A DNA stretch of 64,000 nt, from assembly GCA_965215565.1 (NCBI GenBank), contig CBDCDZ010000004.1, positions 3,776,001 through 3,840,000 of the forward strand, written 5' to 3'. The DNA is from Trueperaceae bacterium. Lineage in GTDB: Bacteria; Deinococcota; Deinococci; Deinococcales; Trueperaceae. The position numbers were made by a program, and so were the translations under genes. Below the pieces are notes generated by a model. That model was not told the origin of the DNA. It ran no database searches and was given only the letters and a program-made list of their open reading frames with translations. Of this stretch, positions 58,230-64,000 are shown in pieces. The first letter of the stretch is position 1. The number at the start of each line of letters is the position of its first letter.

Positions 58230-58748
58230 CTAAAACAGCACCTTGGACCAGTTCAGGTCATCCAGCGGGTGAAACACGTCCACATACTCCAAGAGCACGC
58301 CCGCTGACTGGTTGCGAAACATCGCGCACTCCACGTGTTTGCCTTTGCGCTTGATGGCTTCAACGAGCTGCACGTAGTCGCCGTCGCCGCTGACGATGAG
58401 CGCGACGTCGTAGGCGTCCTCGTAGGCGAGCGCCAAAGATTCAACGGCGATAGCGACGTCGATGCCTTTTTCTACGAGCGAACCGTCGTGGCGGCGGTGC
58501 AGGCGTCCTAAACGCACCGTGACGTAGGGGATGCGCCGGAGCGACTCGAAAAAGCGCTGCTGCCCTTCGCGCAGATCGCTCTCGTAATCGTCGGTTAGGG
58601 GCGCGTTGTAGTAGTAGATGCGCACCAAGTCTCGCTCGGCGAGAAGCTGCTGGACGAAGATTTGCAAATTGACCCTGGTGTTGGAGAGGTTCTCTCTCAT
58701 GCCGTTATACAGGTTGCTGCCGTCGATAAAGATAGCGACTCGTCGCAA
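58230..58748 (-). CDS. NYN domain (LabA/DUF88) protein
   Basis: IFIDGSNL, EKGIDV and VSGDGDY. Confidence 0.92.
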   Translation of the reverse strand: MRRVAIFIDGSNLYNGMRENLSNTRVNLQIFVQQLLAERDLVRIYYYNAPLTDDYESDLREGQQRFFESLRRIPYVTVRLGRLHRRHDGSLVEKGIDVAIAVESLALAYEDAYDVALIVSGDGDYVQLVEAIKRKGKHVECAMFRNQSAGVLLEYVDVFHPLDDLNWSKVLF

Positions 58749-58814
58749 AATACACCTCTTGATTTGAAATTCGTACCAATAAAAATTGTGATGCTGCTAA
58801 TAGTGTACTACAAG

Positions 58815-59020
58815 TAGCAGGTTACTTCGTATAGCTTCGCTCAATCAAAGTCTGTCTCACTCCGTTCGGAGCTGGTTTGAAACACTCTTACTGTCCGAAG
58901 CGACGTTTAACACGCGCATTCGGTGATGATGCTTTTGGCGTTGCCAAAACTTCCGTCTCCCGCCTTTGGCGGAAGCCTACGGAAAGCGCTCATCTGTTTC
59001 AGTATGTTTTGGAACTGCTA
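58815..59020. mobile_element. MITE-like element, long form with insertion near left end
   Basis: TAGCAGGT at 58815. 58872-59020 is nearly identical to 41723-41870 and ends GGAACTGCTA. Confidence 0.8.
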
Positions 59021-59143
59021 AAGAAACGACGAGAATTGCAGGTTCGTCGGTTCATCTCGTAAAGGTGAGCTTAACGGGCAAAGCGCCTGCTAGATATTCA
59101 TGACCTACACCCCGGACTCAGCAACCTCTCTTAGGCGCGCCGA

Positions 59144-59947
59144 TCAGCTCAGTTCCGGCTCCCCCATGCGGTGATGATCGAGCTTGACGGCGACGGTGAG
59201 GAGCAATTCCTGCACGGGCGCGTGCAGCGTGTAAGCCTCTTTGGGTAAGGGCGGGCTGTCTTTGACGAACTCGTAGTGCGCGTCAGGATCGCTTTCGGCA
59301 GCAAGAAAGCTCGAGATGAGCGCCGCTTCGCCCGACAGGTTGCCGAAGCGGGCGTGGACGAGTCGACCTTCATCGAGGACGAGGGTGGCGTTGGTTAGGC
59401 CTAAGCGCAAGAGGAGCGTGCCCGAGTTTTTCTTCTGCGTGAGCGAGGTGACGAGATCGAAGAGGGTGAGCACTTCGAACGAGCCCGACGCCTTGGCGCT
59501 TGGCAGCTGGTCAGGGCGTCCCGAGGCGCGTAGAGGCGTGTTGATTAGGGTCTGCTCCCTCGAGTCCTGCCGCGTGTCGCGCAGCTTACCGCTGCCTACC
59601 ATCAGCTTAAAAGCGGCGCGCAGCACCTCTTCGGGCGGCGCGTAGGTATGGAGCGCGGCGCTGAGCGGCGAGGTGAGCTTGTCTTTCGCCGCGGAGTCGA
59701 GCAGGATAAAGGCGGTTTGCCGAAACTTAGCGTCGCGGCGGATGAAGGCGTGAAAGTCGGTTCCTTTCATCGTGCCGACTTTCGCCGCGCAGATGAGCAG
59801 TTCCGGGTTGAAACGCGCCAACATCTCCGTCGCGGAAAACGCATCGGGTAAGACGTGCATGTCGAGCTTGTCGCCGAAGCGCGCGTAGAAGCGTTCGCCT
59901 AGAGCGCGCCCTTGCTGACGCTCCGCGATGAGGGCTAGAACGCGCAT
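59144..59947 (-). CDS. Degenerate receiver + DUF4388 (PATAN-like) domain protein
   Basis: SGSFEVLTLFDLV...SGTLLL...EGRLVHARFGNLSGEAAL. Confidence 0.75.
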   Translation of the reverse strand: MRVLALIAERQQGRALGERFYARFGDKLDMHVLPDAFSATEMLARFNPELLICAAKVGTMKGTDFHAFIRRDAKFRQTAFILLDSAAKDKLTSPLSAALHTYAPPEEVLRAAFKLMVGSGKLRDTRQDSREQTLINTPLRASGRPDQLPSAKASGSFEVLTLFDLVTSLTQKKNSGTLLLRLGLTNATLVLDEGRLVHARFGNLSGEAALISSFLAAESDPDAHYEFVKDSPPLPKEAYTLHAPVQELLLTVAVKLDHHRMGEPELS

Positions 59948-59951
59948 GAAA

Positions 59952-60086
59952 TAGCAGGTATCAGAGTCGTTCTCGCCAAGGCTCGGAACTGGTCAGGAAC
60001 ACGCTCACTGCAAAAAACACTGCTCAGCACGCACGTTTTAAGGTGATAGCTGCGGTGTTTTGTTTCAGTATATTCTGCGAGTGCTA
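59952..60086. mobile_element. Degenerate MITE-like element
   Basis: TAGCAGGTATCA...agcacgcac...tgtttcagtat...GTGCTA. Confidence 0.55.
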
Positions 60087-60224
60087 GAAAGTCACTGGGT
60101 AAGATCATAATACTAAGGCTCATTGTGCTCGAGACGCGCCCACAGCACTGCGATAACTTTCACTTGTCGGGGCGTGAGCGAAGCCCGAGAGGACTCATTC
60201 GCTCGGCAGCTAAGCCTGTTCGCG

Positions 60225-60953
60225 CTACTCCCAAACTTCCAAGTGCTCGAGCTTGTCCACGTCTGCGCCGAGGGCTGCGTCCTGGCTTAGGTAAGCGCGC
60301 ACGTCCATCTTTAGAATCTCGCTGATGCGTCCCTCTAACGCAGCGACTGAGAGCCTCCCTGCAAGGAGGCTGAGCGCAAAGCGGACGCCGACGAGCTTCG
60401 CTAAGCTGAGCGGATTTTTACGCCCTTCGTAAGCGCGCTCTACGAAGGGCAGCAGGGTGGGCAAGATACGCGGCTCTAAGAGGACGGCGTTACCGCCCGT
60501 AAACGCGCCCTCTCTAAGGTTCGCGTAGGTGCGTTTTTGCCCCGGAAACTGGCGCTCGGCTACCTCTTTAGGGATGACGGGGTACACGGCGGCGGCCGGG
60601 GGCGCGTCCCGGATAAAGGTGTCTACCGTCTGCGCTGTGAGCCAGGGTAAGTCAGCGGAGACGGCGAGTACGCGCGCCGGGTCCAGCGTTTGAGCGGCGC
60701 CCAGCCCTGCACGAAGACTCGCCGTCAAACTCTCGCCCGAGTCCAGCGTTCGCGTTGCTAAAGCGCGTATATCGGGCGTCGCGCTGCCTACATAAATAGA
60801 AGCCGAGACCGCGACACTTTCTCTCAGCGCCTCCAAAACGTAGATAGCCATCGGTTTGCCGCCGATAGGGACGAGCGCTTTCGCGGCGACGCCCATCTTT
60901 CGGGCGAGCGGGTCAGCGCGGTCTGAGCCGCCGAGAACAACGGCAACGATCAT
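60225..60953 (-). CDS. MobA-like NTP transferase
   Basis: AVVLGG, KALVPIGGKPM, ADLP and DVDK. Confidence 0.85.
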   Translation of the reverse strand: MIVAVVLGGSDRADPLARKMGVAAKALVPIGGKPMAIYVLEALRESVAVSASIYVGSATPDIRALATRTLDSGESLTASLRAGLGAAQTLDPARVLAVSADLPWLTAQTVDTFIRDAPPAAAVYPVIPKEVAERQFPGQKRTYANLREGAFTGGNAVLLEPRILPTLLPFVERAYEGRKNPLSLAKLVGVRFALSLLAGRLSVAALEGRISEILKMDVRAYLSQDAALGADVDKLEHLEVWE

Positions 60954-60968
60954 AGGTCAACCCTATCA

Positions 60969-61235
60969 CTACGCGCCTAATTTAAGCATAAGAGGCAAGG
61001 TTGCGGGCAAGCTCGCCCCGTCGAGCTGCGAGGCGGAGTCTGGATAGCCCGTGAAGTAGAGAAAGAACGAGACCGCCCCGACGACGAGGCTGACAAAGGT
61101 GAAAATAAGGCTGCCAGCGCGGTTTAAGTCCGCCTGTTCGGTGGGGCTTTGCGCTCGTTTGTGCCGTGCGCGGGTGAACCAGAGTAGACCGAGTGCGGAC
61201 CCGGCGAGCGAGATGATACCTAAGATGAGTAGCAT
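60969..61235 (-). CDS. Small membrane protein
   Basis: Two hydrophobic segments and GGAGG RBS. Confidence 0.55.
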   Translation of the reverse strand: MLLILGIISLAGSALGLLWFTRARHKRAQSPTEQADLNRAGSLIFTFVSLVVGAVSFFLYFTGYPDSASQLDGASLPATLPLMLKLGA

Positions 61236-61337
61236 AGAGCCTCCCTGCCTCTATTATCCGCGTCTCGCCGCCTAAATTTTGTGACGGAGGCTGAGTTGAA
61301 CTTCAAAAACCTCTTGCCGCAACGCTCTACCGTCCGC

Positions 61338-62600
61338 TCAGAGCAGGAGCACGATTCGCAGATCGTTGACGTTCGTGTTCGTCGCGCCCGTTTCTAAAAG
61401 CGCACCTTGCGCCCCAAAAAAGCTGTAGCTGTCGTGCGCGCCCAGAGCCTCCCTCGCGTCTTTTTGCTCTCCCCGGAGAAGCCCCGGTGTGACGAACACG
61501 CCCGCGTTGTCCTCGCTGCCGTCGATTCCGTCCGTGTCCGCGGCTAGAGCGTAGACCTCTTCCAAGCCGTCAAGCTCTAGGGCCAGCGAGAGTGCGAACT
61601 CGCTGTTGCGTCCACCCTTGCCCGCGCCGCCTTCGCCAACTGAGACCGTCGTTTCGCCGCCGCTGATGAGTGCGCATGGTCGCCCAAAAGGTTGCGCGTG
61701 GTGCGCGACTTGCCTGGCGAGCGCCGCGTGCACCTTCGCCACCTCTTTCGCTTCGCCCTCGACTGTGCTGCTCAAGATATGCGCACTGATCCCCTCGTCT
61801 CTAAAGAAGTCCGCAACCGCCTCCAAGCTCTTCTGGTTGCTCGCGATCACCGTGTTCGTGACGCGCCTAAAGATATCCGAGCCGGGTTTGGGCGTCTCCG
61901 TTATCTCGCCCCGGACGCCCCGCTCGAGATGTTGCCGCGCATCTGGCGCGTCGATCTCGTAGTGCGTCAGAATCCTCAGCGCGTCCCTAAACGTTGTCGG
62001 GTCGGGGCTCGTCGGACCCGAGGCGATGCTGGAGATGTCGTCGCCCACCACGTCCGAGAGGATGAAGCTGTGCACCCTAGCGGGCGCAGCGGCTAGGGCG
62101 AGTTGGCCCCCTTTGACCGAGGAGAGGTGTTTGCGCACGGCGTTCATCTCCTGGATCGTTGCGCCCGAACGCAAGAGGTCGCGGGTCAGCGCAGCCTTTT
62201 GTTCCAACGTCACCCCGTTAGGCGCGGTGAGGAGCGCCGAGCCGCCGCCGGAGAGGAGGCAGATGACGGTGTCATCTGCCGTGAGGTCCTCTAGCCGTTC
62301 TATAGTGCGCCGCGTCGCCTCATACCCCGCCTCGCCTGGCACAGGGTGAGACGCCTCCACGACGTTGATGCGCCCTGTCGGGAGCTTGTGTCCGTAGCGC
62401 GTGATGACCAAACCCTCTAAGCGCCCCGACGGGTAATGCGCTTCCACCACCTGCGCCATCGCCGACGCCGCTTTGCCTGCGCCGACGACCACTAGGCGTC
62501 CCGTTGGCAGCTCGGGGAGATGCTGCGGAAGGGTCAGCGAGGGATGCGCGGCGTCTACCGCTCGGTCAAAGGCGGCGCGCAGCAGCTCGAGCGCCCTCAA
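61338..62600 (-). CDS. Glycerate 2-kinase (MOFRL/TtuD family)
   Basis: GAGKAA, SGGGSAL, SDVVGDD, GGETTV, GGRNSE and TNTNVND. Likely TTG start just after the ligA stop. Confidence 0.92.
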   Translation of the reverse strand: MRALELLRAAFDRAVDAAHPSLTLPQHLPELPTGRLVVVGAGKAASAMAQVVEAHYPSGRLEGLVITRYGHKLPTGRINVVEASHPVPGEAGYEATRRTIERLEDLTADDTVICLLSGGGSALLTAPNGVTLEQKAALTRDLLRSGATIQEMNAVRKHLSSVKGGQLALAAAPARVHSFILSDVVGDDISSIASGPTSPDPTTFRDALRILTHYEIDAPDARQHLERGVRGEITETPKPGSDIFRRVTNTVIASNQKSLEAVADFFRDEGISAHILSSTVEGEAKEVAKVHAALARQVAHHAQPFGRPCALISGGETTVSVGEGGAGKGGRNSEFALSLALELDGLEEVYALAADTDGIDGSEDNAGVFVTPGLLRGEQKDAREALGAHDSYSFFGAQGALLETGATNTNVNDLRIVLLL

Positions 62601-62604
62601 GGCC

Positions 62605-64000
<1,396 letters not shown>

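Overview
Bacterial chromosomal segment of moderately high GC. Gene content and frequent leaderless starts suggest Deinococcota, probably Truepera-like (inference). Housekeeping genes include rplY, prs, murJ, amtB-glnK, aceB-aceA, a non-discriminating aspS, ligA, tRNA-Leu(CAG) and tRNA-Ile2(CAT). Main accessory observations: (1) A candidate peptide/c-di-GMP signalling locus at 53.7-58 kb. An unannotated 41-aa secreted peptide (55278-55403) shares a C-terminal PFRF motif with a neighbouring lipoprotein. The two flank a cupin-HD-GYP phosphodiesterase and lie next to a surface metallopeptidase preceded by a c-di-GMP-II riboswitch. (2) A defence island after tRNA-Ile2 with toxin-antitoxin genes, a PLD-helicase and an Eco57I-like methyltransferase. 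The methyltransferase carries an in-frame HUH (RAYT-like) transposase domain and translated 24-bp REP-like palindromes. (3) An Asn/Asp-rich leaderless leader peptide and terminator upstream of aspS. (4) A TAGCAG-ended MITE family. (5) Strong over-representation of AAGAGGT/ACCTCTT. No CRISPR array, rRNA or prophage was seen. All product calls come from motif recognition, not database searches.
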